DNA from: Acanthaster planci
Lineage: Eukaryota
NCBI RefSeq assembly: GCF_001949145.1
Contig: NW_019091356.1
Span: forward strand, 584,938-648,937
Length of the DNA stretch: 64,000 nucleotides
Direction of reading: 5' to 3'
The translations under genes and the position numbers were made by a program. The notes under the pieces are model-generated. The model was not told the DNA's origin and searched no databases. It saw only the letters and a program-made list of their open reading frames with translations. Below are positions 51,292 to 64,000 of the stretch, piece by piece (the stretch's first letter is position 1; each line of letters opens with the position of its first letter).

Positions 51292-54200
51292 TATAGTGTT
51301 GATCTTCTATAGGGCTGGCGTGAAAATATTCACAGCATTATTCACTGTCTGATGACACACCAAACAGGACTGCATGTACTTTTTGTACACTTAAACCTAC
51401 ATGTACATGTGTGGTGCACTCAGGAACAATGTACATATACATGTACATACTGTACCAGCCCTTGACATTTATCGTGGCCATCATGGCCATTGGCTGTATG
51501 CCTCGTCAGATTGGCCACAATGCCCCTTAAAAATATCCACCGATTAGGGCTAAGCTAGCCAGTAGTCCATTTTTGCTTCAAGGCATAACACATCAAGTTA
51601 CTTAAGAAAGTCATCTAAATTGTATAAATTTTTTATCAAAAATTGTATAACTTTTTACCATCGACAGATGGTGTATGAGGGTGGGCGGAGTCAAATAAAA
51701 CTTATTTTGGGGTCAATCATTTCTACTTTTCCCCCCAATGTGAAGCCACTGTATGTGCAGTTCAGTGGAAGCACTCGAGGCACATACATGTACATGTATG
51801 CTACCACAAAAAATAGCCAGAATAACATAGGAGGACCAAGAGCCAGTGATCCTGATGACGATATGGGGTACGTCTCGAATTTTGATAATTCAAAACTATG
51901 AAGCAATTTAAAACTTGGGAAAAATTTTTGCAGGTAATTATCCGCTCCGAACGGAACAAAAGAAGGCGTGCTTTTTGGGGGTACTCACCGCATACATGTA
52001 GGTGTGCCATGAGGCGCACAAGTATGCGTGTTTGACGTGGAGCATGCTGAGTAAGCAAAACTAATTTATTCCAGCTTGTGTGGTCTTTGCGTACACACAG
52101 AGCGCGTGCAAGAACCCGCTTGTAACCACCTGTCTTTCGCTCGCCAATTGGGGGTGCACTTCAGCTTGGGGCGGACAGTGCACAAAACTAGATTCGTCTT
52201 TTTTATGTGTTTATTTTGGTCCATCTTCTTAGAATTCCTCCAGCACAACTTTCCACTGGACAATTGCCAGGCTCATGGAATGCTAGCCAGTCCAAGATGG
52301 CATTCCATTCTCATTGATATTCTGCCATAGCACTTGACAAAATTCCTTGGGAAAACTTTGAAGCGTTGGAGTAAACACCATTTTACATACATGTATATAT
52401 TTAATGCATTTGGGAATCAATAATTTTGAAAATTATGTCTGCAAAAACTGCTGTGAGAGCATTGTAACCAACATGAAATGTACAAAATACATGGGACAAT
52501 TCAACGAAAAGCTTGCCATTTTAGGTTTTGTCAAATGTGAATAGAAAAAAAATTTACATCATGTTAATCCACATGTAAAGCTGACACATTGGAAACCAGC
52601 TTACCATATTGAAGTTTTAATTTTGGTTTTGAAATTTTGGATTACAAGTTTAGAGTCAGACTTTGAAATTAGGTTGGGTCAGTAACCAGAAGTAGACAAT
52701 ATCTACTTTTTTGCTGGAGCTTTTTTACAACATCCCTCACTCATATAAACAATGTAAAGGGTTTTTACACAGCACTAATCACTGGTACGGTATTGTTTAT
52801 TGGGGGGGCATTGCTATGGTCAATTTTTTTTTTACGGCACTGCATCCTTACATTGATTTGCATGAATACGCATATACCTCCACCCAATTATAATCCAACG
52901 AGTTCTTAATTTCATGTTGGCCTTGGTACCCATTTACCTGGCTTTGAAGCCCCCTGAAATTTGGACAACACTCAGGCTGAAGTGGTCTGCCCCTTTTTTG
53001 CACAATGTTGAGAACTGCTATGCAAATGTATGTATAAGTATCATACATGTAAAGCAAGGACCATGTTGCTCATTTTATACTATGCACATGTATGTAAATT
53101 GCATACACACAAACATGTACATAAACGTACATATACATGCATATGTATGCGCATTTATGTACGTGGTACGCCCTCACGTCCATATTCACATCTAACCAGC
53201 TACAACGACAGCACATTCATTGCAAATGAAAACACAAAGCCACTCATGCTGGAGCACGTAGGCATAATTCGCAAAGGCATGTGGAAGTAATCCAGTTAGC
53301 ATTACTTCCTATCGGTTATCACTCTGGCCTGAATACCAAAACATCATTTTGGGGCAGGCAGCTTCAACACTCAAGTTCCAGGAAATAGACCAACTTAACT
53401 TGAAATCTCATTGGCAGACAAAGTCAATGTGATGTACGTGTACATTTTACGTGATTCATTCCATTTTCTAGATGTCTCGAACGACTGTTTCTGGGGGCCA
53501 GGAGGTTGTGGCTCATTCACTGAAGACTCCAATACAGGAACAAGAGATGAGTGTGCTCATACTTGGCCTTCATTTGGTGGGAGTTAACAGTGTAGGTCTC
53601 CATTATAGATTCATGCGCACTTCAAGATGCGTCCAGAGTGCATAACCAGTTTCCCCAGGAAAAGGGGAAAGAGCATATTTCGTATGCTTGAGAAAAGGAT
53701 GACAAAATGGACGACCCTTGACAATAATGGACGGACTTCATAAAGTGATTGTCGCCATGAAGCAGTGCCCACGCATCTTTTGTATTGTCAGTCAGCCTGA
53801 CGTCAACTTCTGCTGAAGTCCCATGAGGAATGATACTCTGGACAGTTTGGAATTAGTCATCTTGTTATCAGATTAACTGGTAAAGACCACTTCATGTACA
53901 TGTATGCAATTAGGATCGTCCATTTCATGAGTACAGTGTATGTCCAGAAAACTTTTTTTAGCTACATGTATTGGTCTGTGCTAAACAGGTGTAAGCTGAG
54001 AAATGGATACAAGCTCAATACATACATGTACTTATTATCTCTGCATAGTAGCTGCAAGTAATTTGTTCTGCAGGTATATTACACTGGCTGACGCACTGTG
54101 TTAAATCATGTTTAAATGATAAAAATAAAAACTAACGTCATAAATTTGTGCTAACAAAGTAATGTACATGTCGCTTGGTGTGTGTAAAAAAAGGGGTGTA

Positions 54201-54389
54201 TTCAGAAAAGGACAGCTTAGTCTTGCATTTCAATGCGGATTCGGCTTTTCACAAAAAGCACAGAAACAGAAAAACCAGAAAAAAAATGCCAACCCCCCCA
54301 AAAAAGGAGGGAAAAAATGAACTCTCCCTGGTCCACATGCTGGTAATGGTGATCCACAACAAGAAAAATGCACAACTGTTTTTTATTAA

Positions 54390-54956
54390 GAAAAGGGACT
54401 GCATGACTAACTGCCACAAAACTGCTCTGAAAAGTATCTGTGAAAAATGGGGGTGGGGAAATCAGGCAAGCGGAAACCGGGGAAACAGCACCAGTACACT
54501 GATGCATTCGTTTCACATCAGTGATCCACAACGGGGGGAGGGGGGACTAATTTATCAGTACAAATTGTATGAGCTGTTTGTGTGAAAAATTTCTGAAATG
54601 TGTCACAATATTTGCTCTTGAAAAAAACTCTAATCCCACTCAAATTCCTAACACACCCATTTACTGAAGTAACATTTAAAGACACATTCAATGCTGTTTT
54701 TAAAAGCCAAATCTTGGCACAGTACCTGGTATTTGGCAATGCACGTGACTGCTACATGTACAATGCAACACACACCTGTAGAATAAATTGATTACTGAAA
54801 AGGTATTGCGTGACTAACTGCCACAAAACTGCTCTAAAAAGTATCTGTGAAAAATGGGGGTGGGGAAATCAGGCAAGCGGGAACCGGGGAAACAGCACCA
54901 GTACACTGATGCATTCGTAATGCAACACACACCTGTAGAATAAATTGATTATTGAA
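54390..54956. repeat. local duplication: ~122-bp segment (54390-54511) copied at 54797-54918 and bracketed by a ~38-bp direct repeat
   Basis: TGACTAACTGCCACAAAACTGCTCT...GATGCATTCGT occurs twice; AATGCAACACACACCTGTAGAATAAATTGATTA(C/T)TGAA lies at 54762 and 54919. Confidence 0.9.
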
Positions 54957-55807
54957 CATGAACACTGTCACAAGACCAGAAGTAATGTGCTCAACCATTA
55001 CACATGTACTGGTACATACACGGGCACCTGCTTATAACTTTGATGAGAGAGATTTATAAATGAATCAGTGCTTTTTCTCTTAAATAGCACTGACCTGGAT
55101 TGAAGTCATCTTTTCACACATCAAGAAAACTCATTCATTTGCAAAATTTTAGATTCCAAATTGGTATTGCTTAGTTTATAAGGCCCTTACTATGGATAAA
55201 TGTAAAGCTACAGTAACACCTACATGTACCATTAACCTCTCCAGAGATGTACATGCATTGGATATTATTTAGAAGTTTTGTTTACAAACTTTTGTAAAGT
55301 TATCTTGAATCACAAAAGTGATTATTAGCCACTGTGTTAACAGATGCAATTAGATAACTATTATCAGAAAAAAATATTACAAGTTACCTGGGTGTCTGTG
55401 TCACTTGTCAGAAAAGAAAATGAAGCTGTTGAGATGTCACAAATGTTTGCCTTTCAAAAAGGCAGGCAGCCTACAAAATGTTTATTTATTCAGACATATG
55501 TACAGGTATTATCTTAAATCCCAAACTTGATCCAAATGCAAAGAAACAACTTTGTGCTTATCCTAGAGGTACATGCACTTGTAAGTAATTATATATTCAA
55601 ACATATTGCTCACTAATCCATCCAGGCAGAACTGCGTACCGGTACATGTATCTTTATTTCATATTTCAATGGGAGGGGAACCCATTCAGAGAAATCCACT
55701 GATCTCTCATGGGTCATATACAATCAACACTGAAAAATAAAAACACATAATGTACTCACGACTCACAATTAAAACAATACAGTGTACAGGACGATGTATA
55801 CAGAATT

Positions 55808-55934
55808 AGGCTCGGGGCAAGGCACCGTAAGTTTTTATGTTTTATTGATCTGTTGAATAAAAAGATATAGTTCTGCGCGATTTTCTAGGTTGGGTCAAGT
55901 AACCGGAAACACAGCTATTTTTTGTTTTGCCTTA
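55808..55934. mobile_element. dispersed repeat fragment; related pieces at ~52668-52720 and ~61530-61602
   Basis: Shared AGGTTGGGTCA(A)GTAACC(G/A)GAA motif and TTTTTT(G/T)GCCT(T/A)A ends. Confidence 0.4.
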
Positions 55935-56298
55935 TGAGCAATGGACTACCGTTATGTTCAAGAATTGTCAAAATAAAGTGCACAATGACCTACATGTACA
56001 TGTAATGTGGACACATACAGTACATGCGCTGTATGCTGTACAAATAGAAAATCATGCTAGAACATGGGTTTATGGACACGTGCATGTATAGTGCATAGCA
56101 ATTGCACAGGACAAGTTGGACCCAGGCAATGCTCTGGTCTAACTCCTTCATTTTGGAAGATGGTACAGAGCTGTAGCAGCCAAAACTATAAGAGCGGCAA
56201 GTGACTTCTACCCCAGCCGTGGTGATCTTTTAAGATTTTTATTCTTCACTATTGTAAATGCATTCCTTATTCCCATCTTTGTATTGTTGTAGCATTAA

Positions 56299-56726
56299 CC
56301 CTTAGCCCCTAGGCTCCTGCATTAGAAAGCATACTGAACCTCACAAAATCCAACAGGTTCATGTATTTGTCTATGTACTTGTACATGCAGGTCACTGTAC
56401 CAAACCTGATAAACTCCAACAGAAAGAGCCCGTTGGAGTTTGAGTGATATGCTATGGATGGGTCTATGAAGTAATAGGATGACTTGCACTGAACAGTACC
56501 AAATCTGACAAAATCAAGCATAGTTCAACAATTGGTACAGCAAGCCAGACACTGCACACAGTGACCCATGTGTGTCCCAACTCACACAAAATCCAACACC
56601 ATCTCCCTGGGCCTTTCATCCCAAGTCTCACAAAATTCAACAAGAAGTTTCTCAGGTACGGTACCAAACCTGCCAAGACCTCACAAAACCTGCTGTTAGA
56701 GTATGGCAGGTTTTGGGCAGTTAAGG
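56299..56726. mobile_element. TTAA-flanked piggyBac-like MITE (second family)
   Basis: TTAA|CCCTTAGCCC ... GGGCAGTTAAGG|TTAA; internal repeats of CTCACAAAATCCAACA. Confidence 0.6.
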
Positions 56727-59700
56727 TTAATGTTTTTTAGCAGAGCAAGGACCAATCAATTTCCACCACGTACGATTTTATATGAGAGGTGAATAAACTA
56801 TGAATAGCTGCATGTAACATGTACAATAAGTAACACCCACGTACATGTACATGTACAACACAACTGACAGAAATGGATAATACCCGTACATGTACGCATA
56901 TAATTGTTATACTACCTATTGTGATTATATTATTACCAAGCATAATGCATACTGTACATGTATACAGCATTGAAAAAACTCCACATCTTATTGGTTCAAG
57001 CACTTGGCAAGCGTTCAACAAACTCCCAAAGGAAGCATATGGCAGGCTCCGTACTACCTGTGTGGGTATGTAAATGCATATCTTGATACATACACTACTG
57101 GCAACCCACACACACACTGCATGCTGAACTTTATCAGCCATGAAAAATGATGAAAAAAATGGCCAAAGGTTGAGGCTAACCATGAGGCTTCTGGGCAGGT
57201 CCACCCATTTGGGACAGAAGTGTGTGATCTTGCCAGGGCTATGTGGTTTGGCAGAAGGCTTCAAGGACTGAGCTCAGTAGGTAAAGGGCCTGGTTCTCTG
57301 CCAGGACCAACCATGATGGATGAACAAGATGCCAAGAGGTGACTTGAAGCTTGCATTCCCTAAAGAAGTGCCAAATGTCTCGAACTCAGGTATCAGGTCA
57401 GAAATACATGTACAAGACAGTTTCTTGCTTTGAAAAAGTCTGATGTATGATAGAGTCAACTTTACAACATTTATCACCACACACTTTAACTTCACATCTG
57501 TGTTCACTTCTGAGTCAGCTAATCAGCATGTAAAAAATTACACCACCACAAAGCAACCAATGAAAGTGTCCTCATATGGGGTCACAAAACAAGGTGTCTT
57601 TCCAAACACCCGCTGGGTTAAGCTACTGGTAGATGGGGGTTCTCTAAACCTCGCCTTCACAACAAGCTTCATGCACTGGTACCAACTTCACAATTAAAGT
57701 TCCAACTCAAGTCAACCCAGTACACTCTGTATATTCTAATTTAGGAATTCTATAGTTTGAGATGAAGCTAATGTTGGAGAAATATTCATGGGCTAGAATT
57801 TGGCCATACACTGTAGTCCACCATCTACCGTGGTACATATAGGTCAATTCATGTCATTGTCTCCATAATTTAGAGCTGATGATAAAATGGTTTTGTTTTT
57901 TCTTACTTTACTACTTCTATACAATTTTGGATTTTTATTGAGTCGAGTCATCCTTTTTTTTGTGGACTGTATCAAATGCTATTTATTTTCCATGTCTAAC
58001 AATGTCAAGTTAATCAAATGACTGTTGTGTAAATCATCCTTATCCAACCTAATTGTCAATTAGAATTCAAATCAAATTAAAGTGAATCAGCAGCTAAGTT
58101 ACTACTTGTAGTAAAATGTAGTACTGAGCACTGTTGCTTGTAAGAGGACATGACTTTATTGTTCTCTGATGTCATAAGATACAATGGATAAGACAATGTA
58201 CCATACAGTGCTGTGGCACTATGAATGCATGGCTTTATTGATCTCTGTACAAGTAACAATGCAAGTAACCTAGCCAGAAGTAGTAATTTGTAGCGCTAGG
58301 TCCTTCACGCTCAGGCTACTACTTAGTATTTTGCAGTACTGTGTAGTGTAAGCCAAACGATATGCTTGGCGGTTAGGGTTAATAAAACAGTGAGACGGAT
58401 TATATTGTAATTGTTGAGAGTTTACCTAGATGTACATGTACCCTTTTCTCCACTCAGCAGTTTGATTTTAAAGTAAATTACTAGTTTCCGATTGAATCAA
58501 ACCACATATATCATGGTATTCTCAGTGCATTCTTAGTTGTTCATGAACCAGCGAAGTTCTGAACAAAGGAGCCTCCATTGCTAAGAAAATTATAATTGGC
58601 TTGATGTCTCGTGAAAGTTGAAGCACCAAGAAAATACATACATGTACCACAGATTTCGAGCAATGTGGAAGATTTGGGACAGTACCTGCAGAGCTTGCAA
58701 ACAATCATGCCCCAGGACTTTGGGATTTACAATGTAGGTGTAAGTTTTATTTAAAATTTGTCTGAAACTATTTCCATCTCAGAAACTGGAAAACATCTTA
58801 ATGGACCCCTAAGTATCACAAGGGAGCCTGTGTATCTAATTGCATCTTCCCCCACCCACTTGGTCATAATTCTCCTCTTCAACTTCTGAACCCTTCCTCG
58901 TATCTCTGCCTTTATCATCAACCTCCCAGGCCAACAGTTAGATTCTTGGAAAAATGCCAACCAGAGGTCACAGGGGGTCACAGGGGAGTACAGCTACAGA
59001 AAACCACAACACTGCACCAGCCACCCAACTGTAGTACATGTACATGCACATGTAGTTGTAGGCCCTACAGTATTCAGGTTGCTCACTTTGTCCTATGTCC
59101 GTGTGTATTTGCAGTTGAAAAGATCGGGTCAGCAAAACATCTACAGCGCAGGGATCATCTAAAAAAATTAAATTCCCTTAAAGTTATTCTCTAAACCTCT
59201 CATTTCCGAAATCTGGAGTACTGAAGTGAATTGTGTGGACTTGGGGGAGGGTAAGGGGTAACTCACTGTAGTTCAATGACCTACTCATTGTTGTGTGCCC
59301 CATTTTCATGAAAGATTCTAGGACAATAGTGCATCAAAAAGTTCTCCCCAACTGAAGTTCAGCAGCTATCAAATTTTTTGTTCACTGATCCACTTGTCAA
59401 AACATTACCCTACATAAAACACCTCCACTGGTAAACATTGATGATAACAGCAACACCATGGGTTTGTTATGAATAAATATCCCTATTGTGATTTGGCACT
59501 GAAATTTAGGAGGTTATGCCATATGTCGGCTCTGTCCAGAGGTCAACAACGCTATCTAAATCATCCTTCTACCTTCCTACATTGCTGGCATTGTTGACAA
59601 ACTGGAAAGTATGCTGGCCTAGTTGGCAAAGGATTCAAAACAAACAATGTGCATGAATGCAATCATCACTTACAAGAAAAAAAGAACCATGTTCAGTTTA

Positions 59701-60670
59701 TACCAGTTCACTTGGCTCTGAGCCAAAGGGAGATCCTTCCTGAAGTAGAATTCAACTTGTTGAATTATGTTGAATGTGTACATGTACGTATAAATTATGA
59801 AAAGTACCATATTAATCAACGAAACCACAGATACATAGGTACATTGTAATTCATCCTTGGATATCTACACTTACAGTGAACATACGGATGCAAGAGTAAG
59901 AACATTTATAGTTTCTGCAACATTGTCTCCCAATGGAAAGCCTTTTAATTGCATGCACACTAAATCCTGCATAGCTTGATTACAAATACATGTACATGTA
60001 CTAGTAACCTAGTCATACTATCACATTCAACAACACTTCATATGTGTACATGTAGGTTAACAATATCACTGCCAATGACATACCACTGATCCATGGCAGT
60101 GATCATAACAATAACAGTTTGCAGCACTGTTTACATGGAGCTCAAGTCACAAAGTGCGTGCATGTGCTAGTATGCATTAATGCATCAACTCATGCTTCTG
60201 AAGTAGAGAAGAGATTTAAATTTTTGTCATATCTGATCAAGATAAGGCCATTTAATGGAAATATTGTAGTGTCATATCTCATCAAGATGGATTTATCAAG
60301 AACTAGGAGAGAACTAGGTAAGCTACATGTAAATGTACAGTGCACGCACCACTCCTTCAAGACAGAGCTTGCAAAATGTCATCATTTACGTCAAGTGAAC
60401 TGTTATCAAGGAATCCACATTTCTCACAGGACATGTCTGATAAACTCGTTTCTAGCTAAACACGGATCATTCAGTACGGTGCATGTATGATACTGCAGTT
60501 CTCAAGGAACAAATTGTATCCTGGCAAGAGGATGATCGTTGAGGGCGCTCCTTGCTCTAACATTTCAGGAGGGCACACTATTTACCCTCTACATTGTAAA
60601 CTGAAACTTCATGTTAATCATTTGCATTTTCAACCACTTGGATATATTACATACACCATATGTGCACACA

Positions 60671-61656
60671 CAGGGGTCGACATTAAGCGGGCACCCGGCA
60701 CTTTTGCGTCCAACAAACCATGACTAGCATCTGGTAACCCGTGACAAAGTGAGAGGATGGGCACTGATCCTCTTTGAAGTGATGACACACTTTCTTCCAA
60801 AGAAATCATCAAAATATTTCCTGTTGTAGGGTAGGTTCAACAACCTTTCTCACATTAAAACACCTGTTTTATATGATTTACTACTTACATTTGCAAATTT
60901 ATGAAAAGAACTTCTGTTTTTTTTCACGACATCCCTTGGCATTTCGCTGTCACAGTGGTGAAAACAGTGTGCAAATCTCAATCCATTAAAGGAAATGCTG
61001 TGCTGGCTGGTTCCCGCCGCGCTGCGCCCATGCCAAAGAACGTGAGATGGAAATATGCCAACCAGTCTAAACATGTACAGTATGTTCCGGTCGATTATGC
61101 TACATCAGCCGTACACGCACACAACCCTACAGCTGCAGGTCGAAACGAAGATTTGCAAAGAAGATTTCTTCAAGTTAATTCACAGAACTTTGTCTCTTGT
61201 CTATCCTCTGTGTTCAGGAGTTTAATTTGAGGTGGTTTTGCTCGTACTTGAAGTGAGCGTGTTTCCACAAAATACGTGTATTCTGCTGCGGTACAAGCTT
61301 TATTAACCACCCATCTGAATGCATCACACACGCTTACCACATAATACACAGACATTGTTGGCCAGTTTGCTGTCATGATTACCTGACTAGCATTGTGCAT
61401 TTTGTGAATTGTCTACTGTAGAAATTTTTACAAGGATTAAAACAGGTTTTTATCACTTTTTGAGACAATTTATTGAAGCTTTCGTTCCAATTAATGCCAT
61501 TCAATTAGCACAGAAAAATTGACCAAAAAAAATTTCCGACCTACCAGCCCTATTTTTGAGAAGCATGTAGTCGAAAGCAGAACTATTAATTTTTTGGCCT
61601 AATATGACTTTAACTAAAATAGCTCCTGGGTTCAGTGTAACAGCTGTCGACCCCTG
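60671..61656. mobile_element. intact ~1-kb non-autonomous hAT-like element
   Basis: Perfect 12-bp TIRs CAGGGGTCGACA / TGTCGACCCCTG flanked on both sides by the same TGTGCACACA; no transposase ORF. Confidence 0.8.
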
Positions 61657-64000
61657 TGTGCACACATCTGTATTCACCATACAGTACATAACTTTCCAAT
61701 GTTTCATTTAATGTGTAATTTTATAACGCAACCCTGGATAGTCAATGCTGAGGAAAAGGGTTTCAAGTGGAGTGTACATGAAGGGATACAGACCTCCATG
61801 ATGTCAGCAATATGTGAGGTTTATTCCTTGAACCTGTGCTGTCAACTATGGATGGGAAAGCTGGGAAAAGACAGTTTAAAAAATCAAACCTGCCAATTGG
61901 AAATAAATTGCAAAACACACAAGAAGTGATAGCCATGGTACAACATGCAACATTTTTTGAATTTGAAGCATATAATTATTTGTGACAATTACTGAAATGA
62001 TCTTGCAGAATAACAAACATGTACATGATGCATACTGAGTTTTGTTGACCTTTATTCAAATTTTTGTTCTTTGTGGAAGAAACCAAACAAACTTTTTGAC
62101 TTTCTCCACACCATTTCCTCGTAGTGTTCCAAGTAAACTAGATCCAAGACAAATTCATCCCATGTCAATTTCTGGCATTTTGGTCAGAAAAGACAGATAC
62201 GGTACCTTATACTGTACTATAGACCTATACGGTACGGTACGCTGCCTTGTACAAGTACATGTTATGTACAGTGTACATGCCTTGTACATTTACATCACCG
62301 ATATACATGTGTGTACATGTACAAGATAAAATTACATGTATTACAAACAAAACAAGTAAACTTTTTTTGTAACAGATCTTTGTATGGGGACTGCAGAACA
62401 CAAGTTTGAGTGATCATGGCTTCCTAAGCGCTACTGAAAATGACAAGGAAGTGATTCAGGGCTACATGTACATGAACATGTACTCATTGTAAATGTACCG
62501 GTACATGTATGTATGTTGTATCCAAATGTCAATTATGAACAATTCAATTTACAATGGCAACAAAAAAACAGACATCCGTCGGTGCATTCAATACAAAATA
62601 ATATACTGGTCAATTAATCCAACTTGACGGACTCATTTCTGCTCTATCCACAATAACCTCATGTACATGTACATGTAGAAAGTCATGTACAGTAGGTGCA
62701 TTTTTATGAACTTCACAGGCCTTAAAATCTCTGGAATATACATTAACAAAGACAATGCTTACATGTACCGGTACATGTACCAGTACATTATGAAAATAGA
62801 TTTCATCAATGTTCTATTGATGGCTTCATCAATTGTCTAATGAATCTTCATTTTGTTTTGATGGAATACTTAAAGTACACAGTAACCACAAAACTACTCA
62901 GTTTTTACCAGTGTATTTCAAGTTTACTTTCAGTTTTATTTCTATTGATTTCATGGACCACTGACTACCACAGCAATACAGTTCTACATGTAGTATCAAA
63001 GCTAACGGTAGATAATATCACAATTTCATTGCCAGAATGCAATAATGTCTACAAAAAATTGGAATCCTGACTTTTTGAAAACAAAACCGAATATCAGGAT
63101 ATCAGCAATGTAAAACCTGACACGGTACCGGTACGGTACATGACAGGGCTGAACCTCTTTTTCTGGCTCAACAAATTAAATGGCAAAAGTTTAACCCTCC
63201 AACAAGTGTGACATATTAATGGGCAGTATGTTAAGCCAAATCAAATTTCCCTGGTGCTATTATGTTATGTCAAATGCTAAGCTTTAGATAAAAACCACAT
63301 GGAACCAGCAATTTTCCAGAACAGTACACATGTACTCAAGCACAGACTCAAGCGCAGAGTGTTTACATAGACATGCAGGCTAAATGTTTGCATCTGCTTC
63401 AGAACACAGCATGTTGTTGTGGTTTACAAGGTACATGTACATCATGTCAATGTACATGTACATGTAGTGTACCTGTAAGCACACAATCTTGTCCACTATT
63501 TTGCTTCTACTTAGGAACATTAATTTACAAGTACATACATGTACTGGGCACTAGTATTTTACCATCACACCAATTATCGCCAATCAAAAGTTCAAGCTTT
63601 TGAGAATTCACGAGTGCCGAAGTTTTGAATTCAGAAAGCAATTTATTATTACTGAGTTCACAACATGTACTGTACATGAAACAATCAACAACCGCAGTTC
63701 GGCAGTGTGACATGTTCATAGTTTCTTCATACATGCAGATTGGGCTGCCAATACCATGAATATTAATAGTGACTGGTTTTCAAGCAAATTAGAATCAACT
63801 GCAGACAGATTACACCAGGAACAAAACAATGATCTGTCCGTTTCAGCTAGTACTGTAGTTGGTAAAAAGCTAGTTCTTTCAACCTATATTGTTTACGCAT
63901 AAGTATCAGTGAGTTTTTCGATCATGCACACTCATCCTATTGGTGATATCACTTGGGCAGAACTTAACTGCAAAAAAGATTAGCATCTACCTACACCAAT

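Noticed and set aside
44454..63734. Many 60-175 aa ORFs in the 44-64 kb region, including those inside TIR elements
   Set aside because: Composition is driven by TACATG-type repeats; no transposase, RT or other domain motif is visible.

Overview
AT-rich eukaryotic (invertebrate metazoan) genomic window with four N gaps (2503-3425, 3977-4436, 5884-6753, 29440-29884). Three spliced genes can be assembled by hand with consistent intron phases. (1) The 3' end of a + strand gene with thyroglobulin type-1 repeats (thyropin/equistatin-like; 5 exons visible, 1-1936). (2) A complete - strand TTC21B/IFT139 gene (31 coding exons, 7031-21623, about 1318 aa, one GC-AG intron) with an RFX X-box-like site in a CpG-rich promoter near 23.5 kb. 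(3) A - strand protogenin/IGDCC-like Ig-FN3 receptor (17 exons, 31726-43564; 3 Ig + 5 FN3 + TM visible; N-terminus not found; one GC-AG intron). The rest is intron/UTR/intergenic DNA with many non-autonomous TIR elements (TTAA-flanked piggyBac-like, Harbinger-like, hAT-like, one palindromic Crypton-like), a ~60/120-bp satellite and several minisatellites. TACATGTA-type palindromes are strikingly concentrated at 44-64 kb and resemble Tc1/mariner excision footprints. I found no transposase, RNA gene or clearly novel protein system; the findings are hypotheses at modest interest levels.
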